From NCBI GenBank assembly GCA_040901675.1, contig JBBDYJ010000025.1, positions 95,943 to 159,942 of the forward strand: 64,000 nucleotides of DNA, read 5' to 3'. The notes under the pieces are model-generated. The model saw only the letters and a program-made list of their open reading frames with translations, was not told where the DNA came from and made no database searches. This DNA is from Pirellulales bacterium (lineage in GTDB: Bacteria; Planctomycetota; Planctomycetia; Pirellulales; JAICIG01). The translations under genes and the position numbers were made by a program. Positions 11,562 to 21,212 of the stretch are shown here, piece after piece. Positions within the stretch are counted from its first letter, which is position 1. Each line of letters opens with the position of its first letter.

Positions 11562-12481
11562 AGTTCCGGCAGATCGAGTGGGACGAATCGGTCGAGGACG
11601 ACTGCCGGCAACTGGTACGCCTCTCGATCCGCGAGGATCTGGACCGCCTTTACGACTGGACCTCGGTGGCCCTGGTCCCCGACGGCACGCCGGGGGAGGC
11701 GACGGTGGTCTCGCGCCAGGCGGGAGTCGTGGCCGGTCTGCCGGCCGCCAGGCTGGTGCTGGAGGAGTACGATCCGCGCGCGGCGTGGCAGCCGCTGGTT
11801 GCCGACGGCGACCGCATCGAAGCAGGTCAGCCGGTTGCCCGAGTGGCCGGGGCGGCCCGCAGCCTGCTGGCGGCCGAGCGCCCGCTGTTGAACATGCTGG
11901 GCCACTTGTCGGGGATCGCCACGCTCACGCGGCTGCACGTCGACGCCGTGGCCGGCACGCGGGCGCGCATCTACGACACGCGCAAGACGACTCCCGGCCT
12001 GCGGCGGCTGGAGAAGTACGCCGTCCGGGCCGGCGGGGGCTGGAACCATCGGCTCGGGTTGTTCGACGCCATCCTGATCAAGGACAATCACCTGGCGCTG
12101 GGCGCCACGACGGCGAGCGGGCGCCGCTACACGCCGGCCCAGGCGGTGGCTAAAGTCCGCGAGTTCCTCGAGGGCCTCCAGCCCGGCGACCCGCGTCTGG
12201 GCATGATCGTCGAGGTGGAGGTCGACACCCTTGAGCAGCTCGCCGAGGTGCTCCCCGCCGGTCCCGACATCGTGCTGTTGGACAACATGCAACCCGAACA
12301 GCTCCGCGAGGCCGTCGCCCGCCGCGACGCGGCTCACCCGGAGATTCAGCTCGAAGCATCAGGCGGCATCGACCTGGAAACGATTCACTCGGTGGCCGCC
12401 GCCGGTGTCGATCGTATCAGCCTGGGCGCGCTGACGCACTCCGCCCGCTGGCTCGACGTGGGGCTCGACTGGACCGCGTGA
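11549..12481 (+). CDS. nadC: Nicotinate-nucleotide pyrophosphorylase (quinolinate phosphoribosyltransferase)
   Basis: AER.LLN, SGIAT, DTRKTTPGLR, NHRLGLFDAILIKDNH, VEVEVD, LLDNM, EASGGI, GALTHSA. Confidence 0.97.
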   Translation: MAIKEFRQIEWDESVEDDCRQLVRLSIREDLDRLYDWTSVALVPDGTPGEATVVSRQAGVVAGLPAARLVLEEYDPRAAWQPLVADGDRIEAGQPVARVAGAARSLLAAERPLLNMLGHLSGIATLTRLHVDAVAGTRARIYDTRKTTPGLRRLEKYAVRAGGGWNHRLGLFDAILIKDNHLALGATTASGRRYTPAQAVAKVREFLEGLQPGDPRLGMIVEVEVDTLEQLAEVLPAGPDIVLLDNMQPEQLREAVARRDAAHPEIQLEASGGIDLETIHSVAAAGVDRISLGALTHSARWLDVGLDWTA

Positions 12482-12646
12482 GGTTCGATTTTTTCGATCT
12501 TGGAATTGGATTGAACCATGCCTCGGCCGATCCCGACGCCGAAACCCGACCCGCTGCCTCCCGGGCCGCTCCCTCCGCGTCCGGACCCCGGGCTGCCTCC
12601 CGAAGGCCCGCCCAATCCTCCCCGTCCCGGCGATCCCATTCCGGGC

Positions 12647-12671
12647 GTAGCAGGACTCGCCAGAGTTCTGG
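12647..12671 (+). repeat. REP-like hairpin (GTAGCAGGACTCGCCAGAGTTCTGG), family A variant
   Basis: Inverted copies at 15178-15203 and 15240-15264. Confidence 0.75.
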
Positions 12672-12744
12672 ATGATAATGAACTAACCTTACGCGGGACC
12701 TGTTGCGCACTACACTACCGCCCACCCACGACACGCAGGCCGAC

Positions 12745-15027
12745 ATGCCACCCGTCTCCTCCTTAATTCCTCCTTCCTCCTTCCTCCTTCCTCCTTGCAA
12801 AGCCGCCCTGCTCTTGCTGCTGCTGGCGGCCCATTCCCACGCCGGCGAGCCACCGCGGCCCGCGGCTCCGTCGGCACACACTCAGCTCGCCGACCCCGCC
12901 TTTCTCGAACAATTCGCCGCCACCCGCGGTTTCAGCCTGGGATGGCCCAGCAGCGTGTCGGTGTCCGCCGACGGGCGGTCGGTGCTGTTTCTTCGCTCGC
13001 CGCCACGCGGCTTCGTCCGCGATCTGTACGAGTTCGACGCGTCCAGCGGCAAGACGCGCCTCGTCTTGTCGGCCGAGCGGCTGCTCGGCGGCGCGGACGA
13101 AAAACTGTCGGTGGAAGAGCTGGCCCGCCGCGAGCGGATGCGCAGCACGGCCCGAGGCATCGCCGCCTATGAGCTCTCCGAAGACTCCTCGCGGGTTCTC
13201 GTGCCGCTGTCGGGTTCGCTCGTGGTCGTCGATCGCGCCGGCGGCCGGGTGCGCACTCTGCCCTCCGCACCCGGACATCCGATCGATCCCCGCCTTTCGC
13301 CCGACGGCCGCTGGGTCGCCTCGGTCCGCAACGGCGACCTCTATGTCCAAGGCATCGACGCGCCCGATCTGCACCGCTTGACCGAGACGGGCAGCGATAC
13401 GCTGACCAATGGCCTGGCCGAGTTCGTCGCCCAGGAAGAGATGGGCCGGTTCCATGGCTACTGGTGGTCGCCCGACAGCCGCTCGATCGCCTTCCAGGAG
13501 ACCGACCAGTCCGGCGTTGAGCTGTTGCACATCTCCGATCCTTTGCACCCCGAGCGGGCGCCCAACTCGTTCCGCTATCCGCGCGCCGGCCAGCCCAACG
13601 CACGGGTGCGTCTGGGCGTGGTGCCCGCCACCGGCGGAACGGCTACCTGGGTTCAGTGGGACCACCAGCGGTTTCCCTACCTGGCGACGGTCAAGTGGCA
13701 GCGGGGCGGACCGTTGACCATCCTGGTTCAAAACCGCCGGCAGACCGCCCAGCAACTCCTTGCGGTCGACACCTCGACCGGCTCGACTCGCCATTTGCTC
13801 ACGGAGACAGACGACGCCTGGCTGAACCTCGACCAGGCCACGCCGCACTGGCTGGAAGACGGCACGGGCTTTCTCTGGTCCACCGAGCGTCGCGGCGGCT
13901 GGCAAGTCGAGCTGCGGGCCCCCGACGGCAGCTTGCTCCACGAGCTGACCGGTCCCCAGCTCGGTTATCGCTCGTTGCTCGACGTCGATTGCCGGCGCGG
14001 CATCGCTTGGCTGACCGCCGCGGCCGATCCCCTCGAGGCGCACCTCTACGAGGTTCCCCTCGACCCGGCTGCCGGCGAGCCGCGCCGCACGACCACCATG
14101 CCCGGCGTCCACTCGGCCGTCTTCTCAAAACAACACGATGTCTACGTCCACACGGCATTCACCCGCCAGGGAGAGCGCACCCAGACCGTCGTCGGACCCG
14201 ATGGCCGCGGCCTCGGCCAGCTCGAGTCGGTTGCCGAGCGGCCCCCCTTCGAACCTAACGTCGAATTGACCACCGTTGGAGATGAACCGCCCTTCCACGC
14301 GGCGCTGGTCCGTCCACGCGATTTCGATCCGTCCCGCCGCTATCCGGTCGTTGTCAACGTGTACGGCGGCCCGCAGGCGCAGACGGTCACCCCCGTCCCG
14401 GCTGCCTATCTGATGCGCCAATGGGTGGCCGATCACGGTTTCGTGGTCGTCTCGATCGATGGCCGCGGCACCCCCGCGCGGGGCCGCGACTGGGAGCGGG
14501 TTATTCAAGGCAACCTGATCGACGTGCCGCTGGCCGACCAGGTAGCCGGCCTGGGAGCGCTCGCGGCCAGGTACCCCGAGCTCGATCTTTCGCGGGTCGG
14601 CATCTACGGTTGGTCGTTCGGCGGCTATTTCGCGGCCATGGCCGCCATGCGGCGGCCCGACGTCTTTCACGTGGCCGTGGCCGGCGCTCCGGTGGCCGAC
14701 TGGCACGATTACGACACGCACTACACCGAGCGTTACCTGGGCCTGCCCGATCAGCATCCGGAAGCGTATGAGCGCAGCTCGGTGTTGACCTATGCCAAGC
14801 AACTGAGGCGGCCGCTGCTCTTGATCCACGGCACGGCCGACGACAACGTCTACTTTCTGCACAGTCTCAAGATCTCTGACGCGTTGTTCCGGGCGGGCAT
14901 CGAGCACGACTTCCTGCCGCTGTCGGGACACACGCACATGGTCGCCGACCCGGCCGTGACCCGCCTGGTGAACACGCGGATTGCCGACTACCTTGTGGAG
15001 CACCTTCGACCCGCGGAGGCCAGGTAG
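12745..15027 (+). CDS. S9 family dipeptidyl peptidase IV-like protein
   Basis: AEFVAQEEM, YWWSPDS propeller; GWSFGG catalytic Ser, HGTADDNV Asp, HTHM His; start uncertain. Confidence 0.95.
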   Translation: MPPVSSLIPPSSFLLPPCKAALLLLLLAAHSHAGEPPRPAAPSAHTQLADPAFLEQFAATRGFSLGWPSSVSVSADGRSVLFLRSPPRGFVRDLYEFDASSGKTRLVLSAERLLGGADEKLSVEELARRERMRSTARGIAAYELSEDSSRVLVPLSGSLVVVDRAGGRVRTLPSAPGHPIDPRLSPDGRWVASVRNGDLYVQGIDAPDLHRLTETGSDTLTNGLAEFVAQEEMGRFHGYWWSPDSRSIAFQETDQSGVELLHISDPLHPERAPNSFRYPRAGQPNARVRLGVVPATGGTATWVQWDHQRFPYLATVKWQRGGPLTILVQNRRQTAQQLLAVDTSTGSTRHLLTETDDAWLNLDQATPHWLEDGTGFLWSTERRGGWQVELRAPDGSLLHELTGPQLGYRSLLDVDCRRGIAWLTAAADPLEAHLYEVPLDPAAGEPRRTTTMPGVHSAVFSKQHDVYVHTAFTRQGERTQTVVGPDGRGLGQLESVAERPPFEPNVELTTVGDEPPFHAALVRPRDFDPSRRYPVVVNVYGGPQAQTVTPVPAAYLMRQWVADHGFVVVSIDGRGTPARGRDWERVIQGNLIDVPLADQVAGLGALAARYPELDLSRVGIYGWSFGGYFAAMAAMRRPDVFHVAVAGAPVADWHDYDTHYTERYLGLPDQHPEAYERSSVLTYAKQLRRPLLLIHGTADDNVYFLHSLKISDALFRAGIEHDFLPLSGHTHMVADPAVTRLVNTRIADYLVEHLRPAEAR

Positions 15028-15048
15028 CCGCAGAGCGCCGGATTCGGT

Positions 15049-15264
15049 GTAGCCGGATTCGCCAGAATTCGGGCCGGTGGCCCGTAGTCCTCCGTAGCCG
15101 GATTCGCCAGAATTCGGGCCGGTGGCCCGTACTCCTCCGTAGCCGGATTCGCCAGAATTCGGGCCGTGGCCCGTTCACCAGAACTCTGGCGAGTCCTGCT
15201 ACGCGCCAGAATTCGGGCGGTTGCCTCGGGCTCGACGCTCCAGAATTCTGGCGAGTCCTGCTAC
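15049..15264 (+). repeat. REP cluster: three direct GTAGCCGGATTCGCCAGAATTCGGG copies (period 45) plus two inverted family A variants
   Basis: Direct copies at 15049, 15094 and 15139; inverted copies ending ...GTCCTGCTAC near 15203 and 15264. Confidence 0.85.
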
Positions 15265-15305
15265 GATGAAGTCGCGTCTGCTGAACGTGGAGTGCGCTTT
15301 CTCCT

Positions 15306-15917
15306 ATGTCTGCCCCACCCGAAGATCGCCCACCCGCTTTAACCGCGGCCCAGCCGCCGCGCCGCTGGCCGCGGATCGTGCTGGTCTGGCTGGTTCTGCT
15401 GGCTTTGGCCGCTTGCCTGGCGCATTGCCAGTTGGCGGGCCGCGGGCACTGGATGCTGCGATACTTTCCCGAGCCGGATGTGTACAACAGCTACCAGGGC
15501 TGGCCGCTCGTCTTTTCGTTCCGCGAGCCGGGCGAGGGGCTGTTCGAGTTTCGCCTGCTGCAGCATTTTCGCCTGCCGCTTTCAATCGACGTCGGCGTAT
15601 CGCTGTTCATACTGGCCGTGACCGGTTGGCTGCTCCACCACTTGTTTGTCAGGCCGGTGCGTGTCCAATGGCGCGTGAGCAGCCTGTTTGTACTGACGGC
15701 CCTGGTTGCCGTGCTGCTGGGCTGCCTGCAGATCGAGGCCGCCCGCATACGGTCCCGCCCCCTGGGCGACCCCTGGGAGCGGCACGCGCTGCGCTACAGC
15801 CCCATCCTTTGGCTCGACCCCGTGGCTCGTGCCGGCCTGTTGGCATGCCTGGCCGCGACCTTCTACACGGCCGTCTTCGTCATAGTTCGTATCGTTCGTC
15901 GAATCCTCGGACGATAG
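15306..15917 (+). CDS. Hypothetical multi-pass membrane protein
   Basis: About four hydrophobic segments; QGWP and QWRVSSLFVLTALVAV motifs. Confidence 0.7.
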   Translation: MSAPPEDRPPALTAAQPPRRWPRIVLVWLVLLALAACLAHCQLAGRGHWMLRYFPEPDVYNSYQGWPLVFSFREPGEGLFEFRLLQHFRLPLSIDVGVSLFILAVTGWLLHHLFVRPVRVQWRVSSLFVLTALVAVLLGCLQIEAARIRSRPLGDPWERHALRYSPILWLDPVARAGLLACLAATFYTAVFVIVRIVRRILGR

Positions 15918-16041
15918 CGCTCCCAACCGCTGGACATTTTGGCCCCGCGCTGCTGGAATATCAGGAGCGGGCGCGGCTTGCGAGGCGCCGGGCCTGCTTC
16001 GATTCCCGCCCCGTTTCATCCCCGCCCCGTGAGGTAGCTCG

Positions 16042-19000
16042 ATGCTGTGCGGCCTTCGGCCCCTCTGCTGGCTGCTGACTGGTCTTGTGGCTCTGCTGGC
16101 CACGCAGCCCGTGGCGCTGCGCGCCGAAGATGGCCCCTCCGGCAGCCAGGCTGCGATCGACTACAACCGCCAGATCCGGCCGATCCTCTCGAACAACTGC
16201 TTCAAATGCCACGGGCCCGACGAGGCCGAGCGGCAGGCCGGCCTGCGGCTCGACCAGCAGGAGACGGCCCTGGCCGAAACGGACTCGGGCGCGCTGGCTA
16301 TCGTCCCCGGCAAGCCGGAAGAGAGCGAACTGGTCCAGCGCATTTTCGCCGACGACGCGGCCATGCGGATGCCGCCGCCTGACAGCAACAAGCAGTTGAA
16401 GCCGGACGAAAAGGAGCTGCTCAAGCAATGGATTGCCCAGGGCGCGCCGTGGAAAGAACATTGGTCCTTTGTGCCGCCGAAACGGCCGCCGCTGCCCGCC
16501 GTCGATCAAGCCGATTGGCCCCAAGCCGGCATCGACTACTTTATCCTGGCCAGGCTCGAGGCCGAGGGGCTTTCGCCGTCGGCCGAGGCGGACCGGCCGA
16601 CGCTGATCCGCCGCCTGGCGTTCGACCTGACCGGCCTGCCGCCGGCTCCCGCCGAGGTCGACGCCTTCCTGGCCGACGGCGCGCCGGGCGCCTACGAGCG
16701 GCTGGTCGAGCGGTTTCTCAACTCGCCCCGCTATGGCGAGCGGATGGCAGTCGAGTGGCTCGACGCGGCCCGCTTCGCCGACACGCACGGCTACCACATC
16801 GACAGCGGCCGCGACATGACGCTCTGGCGGGAGTGGGTCATCGAATCCTTCAACCGCAACCTGCCGTTCGACCAGTTCACCATCGAACAGTTGGCCGGCG
16901 ACCTGTTGCCCGGCGCCACGCTTGAACAGCAGATCGCCAGCGGCTTCAACCGGAACCACATGATCAACTTCGAGGGGGGCGCCATCCCCGAGGAATACCA
17001 CGCCGCCTACATCGTCGACCGGATCAACACCACGGGCACTGTGTGGCTGGGCCTCTCCATCGCCTGCTCGCAATGCCACGACCACAAGTACGACCCGATC
17101 ACGCAGAAGGAGTATTACCAGCTCTATGCCTTCTTCCACAATGTGCCGGAGAAGGGGCTCGACGGAGCCAAGGGGAATGCGGCCCCGGTAATCAAGGTGC
17201 CCAGCCTCGCGCAGAAACAGGCCGCCGCGGAGCTGGCCGCCGCCATCACAGAAACCGAGCGGCAAATGGCTGAGGCCGGCGAGCGGGCAGACGCCGCCCA
17301 GGTCGAGTGGGAGAACACTGAGCGTAGCGAGAGCGGCGCCGAGTGGTCGCTCGTCGACGCCGAGCGGGTCGAGTCGGCCGGCGGAGCCACGTTCAGCAAG
17401 CTTGACGACAAGTCGTTCCTGGCCGCCGGAGCGAATCCGCCCACCGACGTCTATACCATCCGCGCACCCTTGGAGCCCAACGGCGTCACGGCGCTCAGGC
17501 TCGAGGCACTCGACCACGACGGCCTCTCCGCACGCGGGCCAGGCCGCTCCGCCAACGGCAACGTCGTGCTGACCGAAGTCAAGCTGGCCTTGGAGCCTGC
17601 CGTGAAACCGGAGGCGGGCGGGCAGGAGGCCGCCGAGCCGCTGGCGATCAAGATCAAGGCCGCCGCGGCCGATTTCAGCCAGAAGGATTTCGACGTGGCC
17701 CGGGCCGCCGACGGCAACCCGGACACAGGCTGGGCCATTCATCCCGAGACCGGCAAGCCGCATGCGGCCGTGTTCGAGTTCGAGCAGCCGATCGGCGCCG
17801 CCGGGCCGGGACTGCTGGTTGTCACGCTCGAGTTCAAGTCGCGGTTCGCCCAGCATCAACTGGGCCGCTTCCGGCTCGCCGTCACCACGGCTGCCGATCC
17901 GCACGGCGGCCAGGAACTGCCCGCTGCCATTCAGCAGATCCTGGCCGTGGCGCCGGAAACCCGCAGCGACCAGCAGCGGGAGGAGTTGAAGAAATATTAC
18001 CGCGAGAAGGTGTCGCCCGAACTGGGGGAGTTGGCTGCACGGCTGGAGCGCCTTCGCAAGGAGCAGGAAGAGTTGGACAAGCAGATTCCCAGCGCCATGG
18101 TGATGCGAGAGATGGACGCTCCTCGCGAGACGTACCTGCTGGTCCGCGGCGAGTACGACAAGCGGGGCGAGCAGGTCCAGCCGGGCGTGCCGGCCGCGCT
18201 GCCGCCGCTGCCGGCCGGCGCACCGGTGAACCGGCTGGGGCTGGCTCGCTGGCTCGTCGATCCGTCGCAGCCGCTCACCGCCCGCGTCACGGTCAATCGG
18301 TATTGGCAGATGTTCTTCGGCACCGGCCTCGTCAAGACATCGGAGGATTTTGGCTCGCAGGGCGACTTGCCCAGCCATCCGCAGTTGCTCGACTGGCTGG
18401 CGGCCGAGTTCCTCCAGAGCGGCTGGGACGTCAAGCACCTGGTGCGGCTGATCGTCACCTCGGCCGCATATCGGCAGTCGTCGGCCGTCACGCCCGACCT
18501 GCTGGCCCGCGATCCGGAAAACCGCCTGCTGGCCCGCGGCGCCCGCTTCCGCTTGCAGGCCGAGTTCATCCGCGACCAGGCGCTCGCCGTCAGCGGCCTG
18601 CTCGACGACCGCCTGGGCGGCCCCAGCGTTTCTCCCTATCAGCCCGAGGGGCTCTGGGAGGAGCTCGCCTCGCGCGAGGACGGTGCCAACTGGACGGCGC
18701 AGACGTACCGGCTCAGCGCGGGCCCCGACTTGTATCGCCGCACCATGTACACCTTCTGGAAGCGGACCTCGCCGCCTCCCACGCTGGTCACGTTCGACGC
18801 GCCCGATCGCGAAACGTGTACTGTCCGCCGTGCCAGGACGAACACCCCCTTGCAGGCCTTGATCTTGTTGAACGATCCGACCTACGTCGAGGCCTCGCGC
18901 AAGCTGGCCGAGCGGATGATGACCGAGGCCGGCGCCGAGCCGGCCGAGCGGATCGCCTTTGCCTTCCGCCTGGCAACCGCGCGGCAGCCCAGCCAGGTCG

Positions 19001-19191
19001 AGGCGGACGTGCTGTCGCGGATTTTTGACGAGCAACTGGCCGTGTACCGCGGCAACGCCGAGATGGCCGCGAAGCTGCTCGACGTGGGCCAGTCGCCCCG
19101 CAACGAACAATTGGAACCCGCTGAGCTGGCCGCCTGGACCACGGTGGCCAGCGTGATCCTGAACCTGGACGAAGTCGTCACCAAGAATTAA
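16042..19191 (+). CDS. Planctomycete cytochrome c / DUF1549 / DUF1553 (PSD1) protein
   Basis: IRPILSNNCFKCHGPD, HWSF.PP, WLDAARFADT, CSQCHDHKYDP, HPQLLDWLA, NTPLQAL. Confidence 0.96.
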   Translation: MLCGLRPLCWLLTGLVALLATQPVALRAEDGPSGSQAAIDYNRQIRPILSNNCFKCHGPDEAERQAGLRLDQQETALAETDSGALAIVPGKPEESELVQRIFADDAAMRMPPPDSNKQLKPDEKELLKQWIAQGAPWKEHWSFVPPKRPPLPAVDQADWPQAGIDYFILARLEAEGLSPSAEADRPTLIRRLAFDLTGLPPAPAEVDAFLADGAPGAYERLVERFLNSPRYGERMAVEWLDAARFADTHGYHIDSGRDMTLWREWVIESFNRNLPFDQFTIEQLAGDLLPGATLEQQIASGFNRNHMINFEGGAIPEEYHAAYIVDRINTTGTVWLGLSIACSQCHDHKYDPITQKEYYQLYAFFHNVPEKGLDGAKGNAAPVIKVPSLAQKQAAAELAAAITETERQMAEAGERADAAQVEWENTERSESGAEWSLVDAERVESAGGATFSKLDDKSFLAAGANPPTDVYTIRAPLEPNGVTALRLEALDHDGLSARGPGRSANGNVVLTEVKLALEPAVKPEAGGQEAAEPLAIKIKAAAADFSQKDFDVARAADGNPDTGWAIHPETGKPHAAVFEFEQPIGAAGPGLLVVTLEFKSRFAQHQLGRFRLAVTTAADPHGGQELPAAIQQILAVAPETRSDQQREELKKYYREKVSPELGELAARLERLRKEQEELDKQIPSAMVMREMDAPRETYLLVRGEYDKRGEQVQPGVPAALPPLPAGAPVNRLGLARWLVDPSQPLTARVTVNRYWQMFFGTGLVKTSEDFGSQGDLPSHPQLLDWLAAEFLQSGWDVKHLVRLIVTSAAYRQSSAVTPDLLARDPENRLLARGARFRLQAEFIRDQALAVSGLLDDRLGGPSVSPYQPEGLWEELASREDGANWTAQTYRLSAGPDLYRRTMYTFWKRTSPPPTLVTFDAPDRETCTVRRARTNTPLQALILLNDPTYVEASRKLAERMMTEAGAEPAERIAFAFRLATARQPSQVEADVLSRIFDEQLAVYRGNAEMAAKLLDVGQSPRNEQLEPAELAAWTTVASVILNLDEVVTKN

Positions 19192-19212
19192 CGGCAAAAA
19201 AACAACCATCCA

Positions 19213-19246
19213 CTGGGGCACGATTATCGCTTTGCCCCAGCCACCC
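19213..19246 (+). repeat. Hairpin repeat, family G (CTGGGGCACG..CGCTTTGCCCCAGCCACCC)
   Basis: Copies at 19213, 21094, 29568 and 29640; inverted copies at 31717-31750 and 32203-32236. Confidence 0.8.
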
Positions 19247-19284
19247 AGCGGCTTTGTTTGCGTCGAGAATTGAGGACTGCCGAC

Positions 19285-20751
19285 ATGTTTCAACAAGAGC
19301 TGGCCCGCCTGTTGACCCGCCGCCAATTGTTCGGCCGTGCGGCGGCCGGCATCGGCACGGCCGCCTTGGCCTCGCTGATGAACCCGCAGTTGTTCGCCGA
19401 GACGGCGGGCGGGCCGGCGGGGCAGGGCAGGGGAGTGCTCGGCCGGCCGCATTTCGCCCCCAAGGCCAAGCGAGTGATCTACCTGTTCATGTCGGGCGGC
19501 CCCTCGCACATCGACCTGTTCGATTACAAGCCGCGGCTGCGCGACTATCACGGGCAGGAGCTGCCGGGCTCGGTCCGCATGGGCCAGCGCGTGACCGGCA
19601 TGACGGCCGGACAGAGCACGTTTCCCTGCGTGGCGCCGATGTTCCAGTTCGCCCAGCACGGCCAGTGCGGCGCCTGGGTCAGCGAGCTGTTGCCCAACGT
19701 CGCCCGCGTCGTCGACGACATCGCCATCGTCAAGTCGCTCAACACCGAAGCGATCAACCACGACCCGGCCACCACCTACATCCAGACCGGCCATCAGCAG
19801 CCGGGCCGTCCCAGCCTGGGCGCGTGGCTCAGCTACGGCCTGGGGACCGACAACGAAAACCTGCCGACCTTCGTCGTGATGATCTCGCAGGGCAGCGGCA
19901 ACAAGACCGACCAGCCGATCTTCTCGCGCCTCTGGGGCAGCGGCTTTATTCCCACCGAGCACCAGGGCGTGCGTTTCCGCAGCGGCCAGGATCCGGTGCT
20001 CTACCTGTCGAACCCGCCGGGCATCGACGGTGCCACGCGCCGCCGCATGCTCGACGGCATCGGCGAGCTCAACCAGATTGCCGCCCAGTCGTTCGGCGAC
20101 CCGGAGATCGAAACCCGCATCGCGCAGTACGAGATGGCCTTCCGCATGCAGACCTCCGTCCCCGAGCTGACCGATCTTTCCGGCGAGCCGCAGCGCGTGC
20201 TCGACATGTACGGCGTCGACGACAAGGGAGTCGACGGCGGCTTTGCCCGCAACTGCCTGCTGGCACGGCGGATGGTCGAGCGGGGCGTCCGTTTTGTCCA
20301 GCTCATGCACCGCGGCTGGGACCAGCACGGCAACCTCCCCCAGCAGATCCGCGGCCAGTCGAGCGATGTCGATCGGCCCAGCGCCGCGCTGGTCCAGGAC
20401 CTGAAAGAGCGCGGCCTGCTCGACGACACGCTCGTGATCTGGGGCGGCGAGTTCGGCCGCACCGTGTACAGCCAGGGGAAGCTTACGGCGGACAATTACG
20501 GCCGCGATCATCACGGCCGCTGCTTCACCATGTGGCTGGCCGGCGGCGGCATCCAGCCCGGCATCAGCTACGGCGAGACCGACGACTACTGCTACAACAT
20601 CGTCCGCGATCCGGTGCACGTCCACGACCTCAACGCCACCGTTCTGGCCTGCCTGGGGATCGACCACGAGCGGCTCACCTACCGCTTCCAGGGCCGCGAC
20701 TTCCGCCTCACCGACGTCCACGGCAACGTCGTCCGGCAATTGATGGTCTGA
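19285..20751 (+). CDS. DUF1501 domain protein (Tat-type signal)
   Basis: [51 protein letters not shown]. Confidence 0.95.
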   Translation: MFQQELARLLTRRQLFGRAAAGIGTAALASLMNPQLFAETAGGPAGQGRGVLGRPHFAPKAKRVIYLFMSGGPSHIDLFDYKPRLRDYHGQELPGSVRMGQRVTGMTAGQSTFPCVAPMFQFAQHGQCGAWVSELLPNVARVVDDIAIVKSLNTEAINHDPATTYIQTGHQQPGRPSLGAWLSYGLGTDNENLPTFVVMISQGSGNKTDQPIFSRLWGSGFIPTEHQGVRFRSGQDPVLYLSNPPGIDGATRRRMLDGIGELNQIAAQSFGDPEIETRIAQYEMAFRMQTSVPELTDLSGEPQRVLDMYGVDDKGVDGGFARNCLLARRMVERGVRFVQLMHRGWDQHGNLPQQIRGQSSDVDRPSAALVQDLKERGLLDDTLVIWGGEFGRTVYSQGKLTADNYGRDHHGRCFTMWLAGGGIQPGISYGETDDYCYNIVRDPVHVHDLNATVLACLGIDHERLTYRFQGRDFRLTDVHGNVVRQLMV

Positions 20752-21212
20752 GCAGTCCGCCACGTGTGCCACTGCTTGAAGTCCGCTCTCAGGCGGGCGC
20801 GAAGCAGTGCCGTACGGCTTTGATGGCAGGCGCTGTGCTGCCCAAGCTGCTGGACTCTGTCGATCACGCTCTCGGTCGTCCTGCTGATCGTGCTGACGAT
20901 GGGGCCGACGCTTTCGGAGTGGCAGCTCACCGGCTACCACCGTATCAGCCCCAGGCTGTCCAAGAGTTCGGAGATCCTGGAGCTCTAAGATATGCTTCGC
21001 CCGTTGATTACCTGGAATGGCGGCTGACAGGCTACCACCGCATTAGCCCAGCCAATTCGAAGGCTCTCGATCTTATTGAGCTCTGAGATTCGACTGGGGC
21101 ACGCTGACGCTTTGCCCCAGGCACCCGGCGTCACGCAGTAGCCGTCACGCTCCGCGTGACGAGCTGCCTCACGCGGAGCGTGAGGGCTCTGACGATTCCA
21201 CACCCTCCCGCT

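Noticed and set aside
15049..15170. CRISPR-like appearance of regularly spaced palindromic repeats (also 3027-3128, 38113-38200, 44128-44229)
   Set aside because: The intervening sequences are short and near-identical rather than unique spacers, there are only about three units, the same motifs are dispersed in both orientations, and no cas genes are present.
15961..20940. 1659-aa minus-strand ORF and other long antisense ORFs (e.g. 25892-28669, 1210-3030, 53706-55850)
   Set aside because: These are shadow frames of well-supported genes, expected in high-GC DNA, and carry no recognisable motifs.
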